This document shows, in pieces, positions 55,839-64,000 of a stretch of DNA of 64,000 nt. The stretch's first letter is position 1, and each line of letters starts with the position of its first letter. A program made the translations under genes and the position numbers. Origin of the DNA: Falsiroseomonas sp. GTDB taxonomy: Bacteria > Pseudomonadota > Alphaproteobacteria > Acetobacterales > Acetobacteraceae. The notes beneath the pieces were generated by a model, which saw only the letters and a program-made list of their open reading frames with translations, had not been told where the DNA came from and searched no databases. The DNA is taken from assembly GCF_030695085.1 (NCBI RefSeq), contig NZ_JAUYTS010000079.1, positions 15,208 through 79,207 of the forward strand, in the 5' to 3' direction.

Positions 55839-56980
55839 AGATCGAGGGCATCGCCTTCCGGGGCTTCAACGTCACGCCGAAGACCAACTGGTGCTTCGTC
55901 GAGGTGCGGACCGAGGATGGTCTGTTGGGAATCGGCGAATGCACGCTGGCCAACCATGAACCGCTGATGGCGGCGGAAGTCTCGCGGCTGGAGGCGAATT
56001 GGCGCGGCGCCGATGCGCGCGACCGCAACCGCATCGCCCGCCTGCTGCCGCATGCACCGGGCGGGCTGGTGACGGCGACCGCGCTCTCCGCGCTGGACCA
56101 GGCGCTGTGCGATCTGGCGGCGCAGCGGAACGGCGAGCCGCTGTATCGCCTGCTGGGCGGTGCGGTGCAGGAAACGGTGCGGCTCTATGCCAACATCAAT
56201 CGCGGCGCCAATCCGCGCACGCCGGAAGGCTTCGCCGCCGCCGCCCGCCGCGCGGTGGCGGAGGGGTTCGGCGGCGTGAAGCTGGCGCCCTTCGAGCCGA
56301 TGGTGTGGGAGGATGGCCGCACACCCGCCAACCGCGCCGCCTATGCCGAGGGACTTTCACGAATTGCCGCCGTGCGCGCAGCCATCGGCCCGGATATCGA
56401 CCTGATGGTGGATGCGCATTGGCGCTTCTCGCCGGGCGGCGCCGCGCAACTCATCTGCGATGTCGCCGATGCGGGGCTTTTCTGGCTCGAATGCCCGGTG
56501 GCCGAGGCGAACCACCGCGAGATCACCCGCCTGCGCGGCATGGCCAATGCGCGCGGCATGCGGCTGGCCGGCGCCGAGAGCCTGTCCGGCCTCGCCGCCT
56601 ATCGCCCGCTGGTGGAGGCCGGCTGCTACGATGTGCTGATGCCCGATGCGAAGCATGCGGGGGGCCTGGAGGAGATTCGCCGCATCGCCGCCCTGGCGCA
56701 GACGGCGGGGGTGGAGATTGCGCCGCACAACCCCACCGGCCCGGTCTGCCACGCCCATTCCGTGCATCTCTGCGCCACGATCCCGAACTTCATGGTGCTG
56801 GAGGTGCAGTATGGGGAGACGGAGGCGTTCTTCGACATCGTGCAGGGTGAGAGCCTGCGCTTCATCCATGGCACCGCGCCGCTTCCGCGGTCCGCGGGGC
56901 TGGGCATCACGCTGAACCCGGGCGAGATTCCGCCCTGGAAACGCATGGACCGCCCTTGGCTGGACCCGCGGCTGGGCTGA
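55835..56980 (+). CDS. Mandelate racemase/muconate lactonizing (enolase superfamily) enzyme, galactonate-dehydratase-like
   Basis: GIGECT, ALDQALCDLAA..PLYRLLGG; metal ligands in VDAH, LECP and GAES; APHNP. Confidence 0.88.
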   Translation: MKIEGIAFRGFNVTPKTNWCFVEVRTEDGLLGIGECTLANHEPLMAAEVSRLEANWRGADARDRNRIARLLPHAPGGLVTATALSALDQALCDLAAQRNGEPLYRLLGGAVQETVRLYANINRGANPRTPEGFAAAARRAVAEGFGGVKLAPFEPMVWEDGRTPANRAAYAEGLSRIAAVRAAIGPDIDLMVDAHWRFSPGGAAQLICDVADAGLFWLECPVAEANHREITRLRGMANARGMRLAGAESLSGLAAYRPLVEAGCYDVLMPDAKHAGGLEEIRRIAALAQTAGVEIAPHNPTGPVCHAHSVHLCATIPNFMVLEVQYGETEAFFDIVQGESLRFIHGTAPLPRSAGLGITLNPGEIPPWKRMDRPWLDPRLG

Positions 56981-57019
56981 TAAGCGATGGATGCACGCAA
57001 CGGCCCACGAGTACGACTT

Positions 57020-57283
57020 GCGCCCGCGACAGGCGGGCGAGGCCGCGAAGGCGGCCCGCCGGCAGTCCGGCGAGCCAAGGCCCCGGAGGGGCCGCCCGGC
57101 GCTTGAGGATCGGCGCCCGCGACAGGCGGGCGAGGCCGCGAAGGCGGCCCGCCGGCAGTCCGGCGAGCCAAGGCGCCGGAGGGGCCGCCCGGCGCTTGAG
57201 GATGGGCGCCCGCGACAGGCGGGCGAGGCCGCGAAGGCGGCCCGCCGGCAATCCGGCGAGCCAAGGCGCCGGAGGGGCCGCCC
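57020..57283. repeat. Tandem array of three palindromic 78-bp units with 93-bp period (REP/RIME-like)
   Basis: Cores at 57020-57097, 57113-57190 and 57206-57283 are nearly identical; linkers GGCGCTTGAGGATCG and GGCGCTTGAGGATGG; internal hairpin GGCCGC-GAAG-GCGGCC. Confidence 0.95.
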
Positions 57284-57325
57284 GTCACGCCGCTGGCGTG
57301 CCTGCGGCCCGACTGAGGGCAAGGA

Positions 57326-58237
57326 ATGATCCCCGGCTGGATCGGCTTCACCGTCTCCGCGGCGCTGTTCCAGTGCTGGCGCACCGCGCAGCAGCAGAAG
57401 CTGCGCGGGCAGCTTTCGGTCAATGGTGCCGGGGTGGTGCGGTACCTGTACGGCGTGCCGGTCGGGCTGCTGATCTTCGGCCTCTACGCCGCCATCTTCG
57501 GCGGCACGCTACCGCCGCTGGGCTGGACGGTGCTGGCGCTGTGCGCCGTCGGCGGCTTCGGGCAGATCCTCGGCACCAACCTGCTCATCATGGCCTTCGG
57601 CTATCGCAACTTCGCCGTCGGCACCGCCTATTCCAAGACCGAGGCGATGCAGGCCGCCATCGTCGCGACGCTGCTGCTGAACGAGCATCTGTCGCTGTTC
57701 TCCTGGTTCGGCATCGCGGTCGGCGTCGGCGGCGTGCTGTATTTGTCGCTGGCCGGGCGCGGCACCAGCCCAGCGGAACTGCTGCGCGGCGTGACACAGC
57801 CGGCGGCGCTGTGTGGCATCGGCGCCGGCTTCTGCTTCGGCGTGACCGGCGTGCTGATCAAGATGGCCAACCAGGAGATGCCGGGCTCCGACGTCATCTT
57901 CAAGGCGCTGCTGATCCTGGTCATCACCAATGCGCTGCAGACGCTGATGCAAGGCAGCTACCTGGCGTGGAAGGAGCCCACGCAGTTCCGCGCGGTCTTC
58001 GCCACCTGGCGAGACAGCGCGCAGGTCGGCGCGCTGTCCGCCATGGGGTCGGCCTGCTGGTTCTCCGCCTTCGCCCTGGCGCCGGTCGCGCTGGTGCGCG
58101 CGGTGGGGCAGGTGGAGATCCTGTTCACCCTGGCCTTCAGCCGCTTCTATCTGCGGGAGAAGGCGACTCGTGCCGATGTCATCGGCGCGTTGATCGTCGT
58201 AGCCGGCGTGGTGCTGGTGCTGTGGGGAAGCCGCTGA
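57326..58237 (+). CDS. EamA/DMT-family transporter
   Basis: About 10 TM helices with two internal repeats; RNFAVGTAYSKTE and VRAVGQVEILF motifs. Confidence 0.88.
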   Translation: MIPGWIGFTVSAALFQCWRTAQQQKLRGQLSVNGAGVVRYLYGVPVGLLIFGLYAAIFGGTLPPLGWTVLALCAVGGFGQILGTNLLIMAFGYRNFAVGTAYSKTEAMQAAIVATLLLNEHLSLFSWFGIAVGVGGVLYLSLAGRGTSPAELLRGVTQPAALCGIGAGFCFGVTGVLIKMANQEMPGSDVIFKALLILVITNALQTLMQGSYLAWKEPTQFRAVFATWRDSAQVGALSAMGSACWFSAFALAPVALVRAVGQVEILFTLAFSRFYLREKATRADVIGALIVVAGVVLVLWGSR

Positions 58238-59790
58238 TGACCAATCTGGACCAGGTTCTTCGCGATCTGCCGCGCCGCTACCCAGGCCCGGGTGGCGCCA
58301 TCGCGGTGCTGCAAAAAGGGCAGGTGCTGGCGCGCCACGCCTGGGGCTATGCGAATGCCGAACGCCGCATCCCCTTCACGCCGCGCACGCTGTTCCGCAT
58401 GTGCTCCATCACCAAGCAATTCACCTGCGGCGCCATGCTGGAGGCGGTGGGAGAGCCGGAGGCGCTGGATGCCGCGATCCGCGCCCGCCTGCCCAAGCTG
58501 GGGAAGGCTGCGCCCGCCGCGCGGCTGCTGGCGCACAACCAATCCGGCCTGCGCGACTATTGGGCCGTCGCCATGCTGCACGGCGCGCCGGCGGAATCCG
58601 CTTTCGGCGATGTCGAAGCCGCGCGCGTCATCGCCGGCACCGCCAGCCTGCACTTCGCGCCGGGCACCCGCTATGCCTATTGCAACCAGAATTTCCGGCT
58701 GATCTCCGACGCTTTGCAGGAGGTCACGGGCGAGAGCTTCGCCGACCTGCTGCGCACCCGCATCTTCGACCGCGCCGGCATGGAAACCGCCATCCTGGCG
58801 GCCGATACGCGCGCCATGCCGGATGGCACCGAGGGTTATGAGGGCAGCCAGGCCACCGGCTTCCGCGCCGCGGAGAACCAGGTGATCTGGACCGGCGATG
58901 CCGGCCTGGGCGCCAGCCTGGACGACATGATCGCCTGGGAACGCCATATCGACGGCACGCGCGACGATACCGGCAGCCTGCACGCGCGCCTTTCCGCGCC
59001 GGTCACCTTCGCCGATGGCTCTGCCGCGCCCTATGGCTTCGGCCTCGGCCGTGGCGAGGCGTTCGGGACGCCGGTTCTCGGCCATGGCGGCGCGCTGCGC
59101 GGCTGGCGCAGCCACCGGCTTTATGCGCCGGCGCATCGCATTTCCGTGGTGGTGATGTTCAACCATCTCTCGGACGCCCATGCCGCGGCGCAGGAGGCGC
59201 TGGCCGCGCTGCTCGGCGCGCAGTTGCCGCAGCCGGAGGCCGTTCTGGCCGCGCCGGGTTGGCTCGGCGCCTACCGCGAACCCGAAACCGGCCTGGCGGT
59301 GCGGATCGACCACGCCGCCCCTGGCGTGGTGCGGCTGCGCTTCGGCCATGGCGCGGAGCGGCTCGACCTGCGCACCGACGGCAGCGCCGATAATGGCCGC
59401 ACAAGGCTACGCCCGACGCCCCAGGGTCTGTGGATGGACCGGCCGCAGGAGAACCAGGCCAGCCTTCTCACACCCAGCCCCGGCGAGGCGCCGACCGACA
59501 TCGCCGGCCGCTATCGCTGCGCGGAACTCGACGCCGATCTGCTGGTGAGCGATTCCGGCGGCCCGCCCTATGGCGGCTTTTCCGGCTTCCTCGGCCAGGG
59601 GCGGATGGAACTGCTGGACCCGATCGGCCCGGACCTCTGGGCGCTGCCCTGCTGGCGTGCCCTGGACCACACGCCGCCCGGCGACTGGACGCTGGCTTTC
59701 CGCCGCGATGCCACAGGCCGCGTCACGGGCGTCACCGTGGGGTGCTGGCTGGCGCGCAGCCTGGATTATGCGCGGATCGGCGACCGGTAG
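58237..59790 (+). CDS. dap: D-aminopeptidase (beta-lactamase fold with DAP B/C domains)
   Basis: CSITKQF (SxxK), YAYCNQNF (YxN), HGGALRGW and C-terminal RALDHTPPGDW, as in the Ochrobactrum-type enzyme; start coupled to the EamA stop. Confidence 0.85.
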   Translation: MTNLDQVLRDLPRRYPGPGGAIAVLQKGQVLARHAWGYANAERRIPFTPRTLFRMCSITKQFTCGAMLEAVGEPEALDAAIRARLPKLGKAAPAARLLAHNQSGLRDYWAVAMLHGAPAESAFGDVEAARVIAGTASLHFAPGTRYAYCNQNFRLISDALQEVTGESFADLLRTRIFDRAGMETAILAADTRAMPDGTEGYEGSQATGFRAAENQVIWTGDAGLGASLDDMIAWERHIDGTRDDTGSLHARLSAPVTFADGSAAPYGFGLGRGEAFGTPVLGHGGALRGWRSHRLYAPAHRISVVVMFNHLSDAHAAAQEALAALLGAQLPQPEAVLAAPGWLGAYREPETGLAVRIDHAAPGVVRLRFGHGAERLDLRTDGSADNGRTRLRPTPQGLWMDRPQENQASLLTPSPGEAPTDIAGRYRCAELDADLLVSDSGGPPYGGFSGFLGQGRMELLDPIGPDLWALPCWRALDHTPPGDWTLAFRRDATGRVTGVTVGCWLARSLDYARIGDR

Positions 59791-59798
59791 ACCCAAGT

Positions 59799-59838
59799 AT
59801 TTTCAGGTCAGGCGACTTCGCCTGACAACTCGGAAAAT
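59799..59838. terminator. Bidirectional terminator between convergent dap and recR
   Basis: GTCAGGCGA-CT-TCGCCTGAC stem flanked by ATTTTC and GAAAAT. Confidence 0.7.
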
Positions 59839-59850
59839 GCGCCGAACAGA

Positions 59851-60447
59851 CTACGCCGGGCGGCGGGACCGCAAAGCCGCGGCCAGCGTGCCTTCATCCA
59901 GCACATCCAGCGCGCCGCCCATCGGCACGCCCTGCGCCAGCCGCGTCACCGCCACGCCGGCGGGCCGCAGCCGGTCCGTCACGTAATGCGCCGTCGCGGT
60001 GCCATCCACCGTGGCGGGCAGGGCGAGGATCACCTCCTCCACCCCCTCCTGCGCGATGCGGGCCAGCAGGGGGGCGATGGACAGATCCTCCGGCCCCACC
60101 CCGCCGAGCGGCGACAGCACGCCGCCGAGCACATGGTACAACCCCTGATGCGCATGGGCGCGTTCCAGCGCCCAGAGATCGGCCACGCCTTCCACCACGC
60201 AGACCAGGTGCCGGTCGCGCCGGGGATCGCGGCAGATGCCGCAGGGGGATTGGGCGTCGAGGTTGCCGCAGCTTTCGCAGGGCCGCACCGCCTTGGCAGC
60301 GGCTTCCAGCGCCTGCGCCAGCGGCAGCATCGTCTCCTGCGGCCGCATCAGCATGCGCAGCGCCGCCCGCCTGGCGCTGCGCCGGCCGAGGCCGGGGATG
60401 CGCGAGAGCAGGGAGATCAGGTGCTCGATCGGGTCGCGGTCAGACAT
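59851..60447 (-). CDS. recR: Recombination mediator RecR
   Basis: [11 protein letters not shown] HhH, C4 zinc finger (CESC..CGIC) and Toprim EEVILA..DGTATA. Confidence 0.97.
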   Translation of the reverse strand: MSDRDPIEHLISLLSRIPGLGRRSARRAALRMLMRPQETMLPLAQALEAAAKAVRPCESCGNLDAQSPCGICRDPRRDRHLVCVVEGVADLWALERAHAHQGLYHVLGGVLSPLGGVGPEDLSIAPLLARIAQEGVEEVILALPATVDGTATAHYVTDRLRPAGVAVTRLAQGVPMGGALDVLDEGTLAAALRSRRPA

Positions 60448-60506
60448 GCCTGGGACCCATCATCCGGGTGCACGCGTCAGGGCTGCCGTGCTCATCGCGG
60501 CTGCCG

Positions 60507-60535
60507 AAAACCTGCCGTGGCTTTGCCACGGCAGG
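60507..60535 (-). terminator. Intrinsic terminator-like hairpin between ybaB and recR
   Basis: Perfect 11-bp stem CCTGCCGTGGC-AAA-GCCACGGCAGG followed by TTTT on the minus strand. Confidence 0.6.
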
Positions 60536-60606
60536 GCGACCAACTTCAGAGGATCAACACCATTCCGGGGTCCCCGCCGCGTTGCGCAGCAACGTGGTGG
60601 GGATTG

Positions 60607-60948
60607 TCAGAACGGCAGCTTGAGGCCACCCAGCCCCCCGAGCCCACCCGGAAGGTCCAGCCCGGCGGTCGCCTTCTGCATTTCCTCGGCCATCGTCGCC
60701 TCCACCTTCTGCTTGGCGTCGGCATGGGCGGCGACCAGCAGATCCTCCAGCACCTCCCGGTCATCGGCCACCATCAGGGAGGGGTCGATGGAGACGCGGC
60801 GCAGGTCGCCCTTGCCGGAGAGCAGCACCTTCACCATGCCGCCGCCAGCGCCACCCTCGACTTCCGTCTGTTCCAGCCGCGCCTGCATTTCCTGCATGCG
60901 GGTCTGCATCTGCTGGGCCTGCTTCAGCATGTTGCCGAGATTCTTCAT
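60607..60948 (-). CDS. ybaB: Nucleoid-associated protein YbaB/EbfC
   Basis: MKNLGNMLKQAQQMQ, GGGMVKV, LEDLLVAAHADA and C-terminal KLPF. Confidence 0.96.
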   Translation of the reverse strand: MKNLGNMLKQAQQMQTRMQEMQARLEQTEVEGGAGGGMVKVLLSGKGDLRRVSIDPSLMVADDREVLEDLLVAAHADAKQKVEATMAEEMQKATAGLDLPGGLGGLGGLKLPF

Positions 60949-60954
60949 CGCGTC

Positions 60955-62865
60955 TCAATCCTCCTGCGAAAGGTCATCATCCAGCCCGGCGGCTTCCGCG
61001 TCGGGTGGGGCGAAGTCGCGGCCCCCCTCGGCCATTTCCGCGGCCATCGCCGGCGCCAGGCCATAGGCATCCAGCGAGGCATCGCGCACCGCCTCGATCT
61101 TCGCGCCCGGAAAGGCGGCGAGCACCGCCTGCACCAGCGGGTGGGTCTGCGCCAGGGCCAGGCGGTCGGCTTCCGCCGTCTTGCCCTGCTCGGCGAGCGT
61201 CGGCTCGCCGCCCTCATTCACCAGGGAGACGGTCCAGCGCGTGCCGGTGGCGTCCTGCATCAGGGCGGTGATCTGCTGCGCCAGGTCGCGCGGCGCTTCC
61301 GGGCGGGGGCGGATCTCGATGCGGCCGGGGCTGATCCGCACCGGATGCACATTGAGCCGCAGATGCGCGTGCAGGCTGGGCTTCCGGCCGGAAGCGAGGG
61401 CCACGATCTCCCGGAAGCTGGAGGGCATCGGCGCGGGGGCCGCGACGGGTGCCGCAGCCGGGGCGGGCGCGGCCATGGCCAGCGCAGCGCCGCCGCCGCC
61501 CGCCATGGCGCGCAGCCCGCCACCACCTCCGCTGGGGGCGGGGCTGGGCGTGGCGGTGGCGGTGGCGGTGGCGGGACCGGCTTCGGTCAGGCGGCGCACC
61601 AGGTCGCCGGGGGTCGGCAGATCCGCCACATGGGCCAGGCGGATCAGCACCATCTCGGCGGCGGCGCGGCGGTTCACGCCATCCTGCGCCACCTCCGCCA
61701 GCCCCTTCAGCAGCATCTGCCAGGCCCGCGCGAGGACCGGAATCGCCAGCTTGCCGGCCAGCGCCGCGCCGCGGGTGCGCTCAGCCTCCGGCAGCGCCGG
61801 GTCGTCCTTCAGCGTCGGCACGGTCTTCATGCGGGACAGCAGGTGAACCAGCTCCAGCAGGTCGGACAGCACCACGGAGGGGTCGGTGCCGCGGGCATGC
61901 GCGCCCTCGGACAGCGCCAGCGCCGCGGCGGTGTCGCCCGCCATCAGCGCTTCCATCAGCTCGATCGCCAGGCCGCGATCGGCAAGCCCCAGCATTTCCG
62001 TCACCAGCCCGGCAGTGACGGCCTCGCCACCCGCCAGCGCCATCGCCTGGTCCAGGATGGAAAGCCCATCGCGAACCGAACCATCCGCCGCGCGGGCGAC
62101 CATGGCCAGCGCTTCCGCCTCGGCGGGGACCGCTTCCAGGTCGCAGATGCGCGAAAAATGCGCCCTGAGGGTTTCCTGCGGCACGCGGGCCAGGCGAAAG
62201 GTCTGGCAGCGGGACAGGATGGTGGTGGGCACCTTCCGAAGTTCGGTTGTCGCCAGCATGAACTTCACGTCCGGTGGCGGTTCCTCCAGCGTCGTCAGCA
62301 GCGCGTTGAAGGCGGCGTTGGACATCATGTGGACCTCGTCCAGGATGATGACCTTGAAGCGCCCCTGGGCCGGGCGGAAGCGCAGGCGTTCGCGCAGCTC
62401 CCGCACATCGTCGATGCCGTTGTTGCTGGCGGCGTCCAGCTCCTGCACGTCCGGGTGGCGGTCGGCCAGGATGGCGCGGCATTCGGAGCAGACGCCGCAG
62501 GGCTCCGGCGTCGGCCCGCCCTTCCCGTCCACGCCGATGCAGTTCAGCGCGCGGGCGATGATGCGGGCGGTGGTGGTCTTGCCGACGCCGCGGACGCCGG
62601 TGAGCATGAAGGCGTGATGCACCCGCCCTTGGGCGAAGGCATTTTTCAGCGTGCGGACCAGGGCTTCCTGGCCGATCAGGTCGGCGAAGGTGGCGGGGCG
62701 GTATTTGCGGGCCAGCACGCGGTAGGGTGTGGCGGCCTGGGCTGGTGTGGGTGCAGGGGTCAGGGCCGGTGCGGCGGGCGCCGGGTCACCGAACAGGCCC
62801 GGCCCGTCCTGCGGCGGCTCGGGAATCTCGTGTTCCAGGGGGTCGCCAAAGATGTCGCTGTTCAT
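60955..62865 (-). CDS. dnaX: DNA polymerase III subunit gamma/tau
   Basis: YRVLARKYRPATF, GVRGVGKTT, CGVCSEC, DEVHMMS and ILSRCQ motifs; start set at ATG 62865, since the longer ORF runs through ffs. Confidence 0.97.
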   Translation of the reverse strand: MNSDIFGDPLEHEIPEPPQDGPGLFGDPAPAAPALTPAPTPAQAATPYRVLARKYRPATFADLIGQEALVRTLKNAFAQGRVHHAFMLTGVRGVGKTTTARIIARALNCIGVDGKGGPTPEPCGVCSECRAILADRHPDVQELDAASNNGIDDVRELRERLRFRPAQGRFKVIILDEVHMMSNAAFNALLTTLEEPPPDVKFMLATTELRKVPTTILSRCQTFRLARVPQETLRAHFSRICDLEAVPAEAEALAMVARAADGSVRDGLSILDQAMALAGGEAVTAGLVTEMLGLADRGLAIELMEALMAGDTAAALALSEGAHARGTDPSVVLSDLLELVHLLSRMKTVPTLKDDPALPEAERTRGAALAGKLAIPVLARAWQMLLKGLAEVAQDGVNRRAAAEMVLIRLAHVADLPTPGDLVRRLTEAGPATATATATPSPAPSGGGGGLRAMAGGGGAALAMAAPAPAAAPVAAPAPMPSSFREIVALASGRKPSLHAHLRLNVHPVRISPGRIEIRPRPEAPRDLAQQITALMQDATGTRWTVSLVNEGGEPTLAEQGKTAEADRLALAQTHPLVQAVLAAFPGAKIEAVRDASLDAYGLAPAMAAEMAEGGRDFAPPDAEAAGLDDDLSQED

Positions 62866-62914
62866 CGGGGCGCTGTCCGGGAAGCGGGGGCCCGGATGCC
62901 AGGGCCGCGGGAAA

Positions 62915-63016
62915 GGTGGAAGATCGGCGGGCGACCCGCGCGAGAACTCGTTACGGCTGCTTCCTTCCGGACCTGACCGGGTTGGCGAGGAGCACGTCCG
63001 TCGCCGACCTTCCACC
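62915..63016 (-). ncRNA. ffs: Signal recognition particle RNA (4.5S)
   Basis: Minus strand has the domain IV hallmark CCGGTCAGGTCCGGAAGGAAGCAGCC, closed by terminal stem GGTGGAAG..TCGGCG / CGCCGA..CTTCCACC; upstream of dnaX, a conserved location. Confidence 0.93.
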
Positions 63017-63175
63017 CCCAATATCGGGCCTCGGACGCCTCGGGGCAATGCCCCCCACCCCGGACCAATTCCCAAAAATAGATGAGGGGTCCGGGGAGAA
63101 TACCTTCTCCCCGGCCTTGCCTGCCCCGGCGCCCTCAGTTGCCCCCGTCACAGCCGCGTGGCAGGGTCCGCGGCG

Positions 63176-64000
63176 ATGCTCTCCGTCCCCGCCAGCCGCC
63201 CCAATGCCTATACAGGCAGCCCGATCGACCGTGCGGGCACCCGCCGGGACGATGCCGACTGGATCGCCCAGGCGATCGCCGACCCCGAAACCCTGTTCGC
63301 CCCCGTCTGGCGCAGCCGCAGCCTGATGAAGGGGGTCGAGGATGGCCACCCCGAGGCCGTGCTGCTGACCGGCGGCGCGGCGGAGGCCGTGCGCATGGCC
63401 GGCGGGCCGTGGGCCTTCCTCGGCATCTGGGAACAGCGCCCGGTCTTCGCCGTGGATTGCTCCGCCGCCGAGGACCCGCTGCCGCTGTTGCCCGAAGGCA
63501 TGGGCGACTTCACCGACCTCCGCCAGGTGGCCGGCCTGCTGCCGCCAGGGGAGGCTTCGGTGCTGGCCCATGCGCGCGGGCTGATGCATTGGCGCACCCG
63601 GCACCGCTTCTGCGGCGTCTGCGGCCATGAATGCGCGCCGCGCAGCGCCGGCAACGCCATGCAATGCACCAATTGCGGTGCCCAGCATTTCCCGCGCACC
63701 GACCCGGCGGTGATCATGCTGGTGGTCCGCAACGGCCGCTGCCTGCTGGGCCATTCGCACCGATTCCCCAATGTGGCGATGTATTCCACCCTCGCGGGCT
63801 TCGTGGAGCCGGGCGAAAGCCTGGAGGAAGCGGTACGGCGGGAGGTGATGGAGGAAGCGTCCATCGCGGTGGGGGATGTGCTGTACCATTCCTCCCAGCC
63901 CTGGCCCTTCCCCGCCAGCATCATGCTGGGCTTCCATGCCGAGGGCCTGTCGGACGAAATCCGTATCGACCCGGAGGAATTGAAGGACGCCCGCTGGTTC
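63176..64000 (+). CDS. nudC: NAD(H) diphosphatase / NAD-cap decapping enzyme NudC (3' truncated)
   Basis: Manual translation from ATG 63176: MLSVPASRPNAYTGSPIDRA.., CGVCG..CTNCG zinc finger, FPRTDPAVIMLV, Nudix box GFVEPGESLEEAVRREVMEE and SQPWPFP. Not in the ORF track because it is truncated. Confidence 0.93.
   Translation, partial: MLSVPASRPNAYTGSPIDRAGTRRDDADWIAQAIADPETLFAPVWRSRSLMKGVEDGHPEAVLLTGGAAEAVRMAGGPWAFLGIWEQRPVFAVDCSAAEDPLPLLPEGMGDFTDLRQVAGLLPPGEASVLAHARGLMHWRTRHRFCGVCGHECAPRSAGNAMQCTNCGAQHFPRTDPAVIMLVVRNGRCLLGHSHRFPNVAMYSTLAGFVEPGESLEEAVRREVMEEASIAVGDVLYHSSQPWPFPASIMLGFHAEGLSDEIRIDPEELKDARWF

Noticed and set aside
57020-57283. Possible CRISPR array
   Set aside because: The linkers are nearly identical rather than unique, the units are too long (78 bp), and there are no cas genes.
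56956-58236. 944-aa ORF suggesting a long N-terminal fusion to D-aminopeptidase
   Set aside because: The upstream part is an alternative frame over the repeat and the EamA gene; the real start is ATG 58237, coupled to the EamA stop.
62866-63075. N-terminal extension of DnaX suggested by the 706-aa ORF
   Set aside because: It runs through the SRP RNA gene; the realistic start is ATG 62865. I saw no E. coli-type A6G frameshift site in dnaX.

Overview
High-GC alphaproteobacterial chromosomal window, probably Acetobacteraceae (Roseomonas/Roseococcus-like; this is an inference from gene content and style). About 1-41.9 kb is a nearly complete anoxygenic photosynthesis gene cluster (PGC): ppsR (5' end), aerR/ppaA <> bchFNBHLM-lhaA-puhABC-hyp-acsF-puhE-hemA-bchID-bchO-crtB, a DUF2189-like gene <> crtEF-bchCXYZ-pufBALMC, yqaA, crtI, an orphan OmpR-type regulator, a PEP-CTERM-like protein, and crtD with a membrane-protein gene <> cytochrome P450 and ATP-grasp genes. 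At least 11 PpsR-like TGT-N12-ACA boxes can be read from the sequence. The rest of the window holds cell-envelope genes (wzm/wzt, SlyB-like lipoprotein, SLT-SPOR, NeuD-like acetyltransferase), an acyl-CoA/amide catabolic cluster, a 3 x 93 bp palindromic tandem repeat, D-aminopeptidase, recR-ybaB-dnaX, SRP RNA (ffs) and a partial nudC. Two observations stand out. (1) A PpsR-boxed divergent module (membrane protein-crtD / P450-ATP-grasp) matches no standard PGC gene and may be an undescribed pigment-tailoring pathway; crtC is absent from the window. (2) The LH1 alpha and beta subunits are highly divergent, lack both canonical BChl H-bonding Trp residues, and carry a periplasmic Cys pair and a beta C-terminal extension. 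No mobile elements, tRNA, rRNA or CRISPR array were seen.
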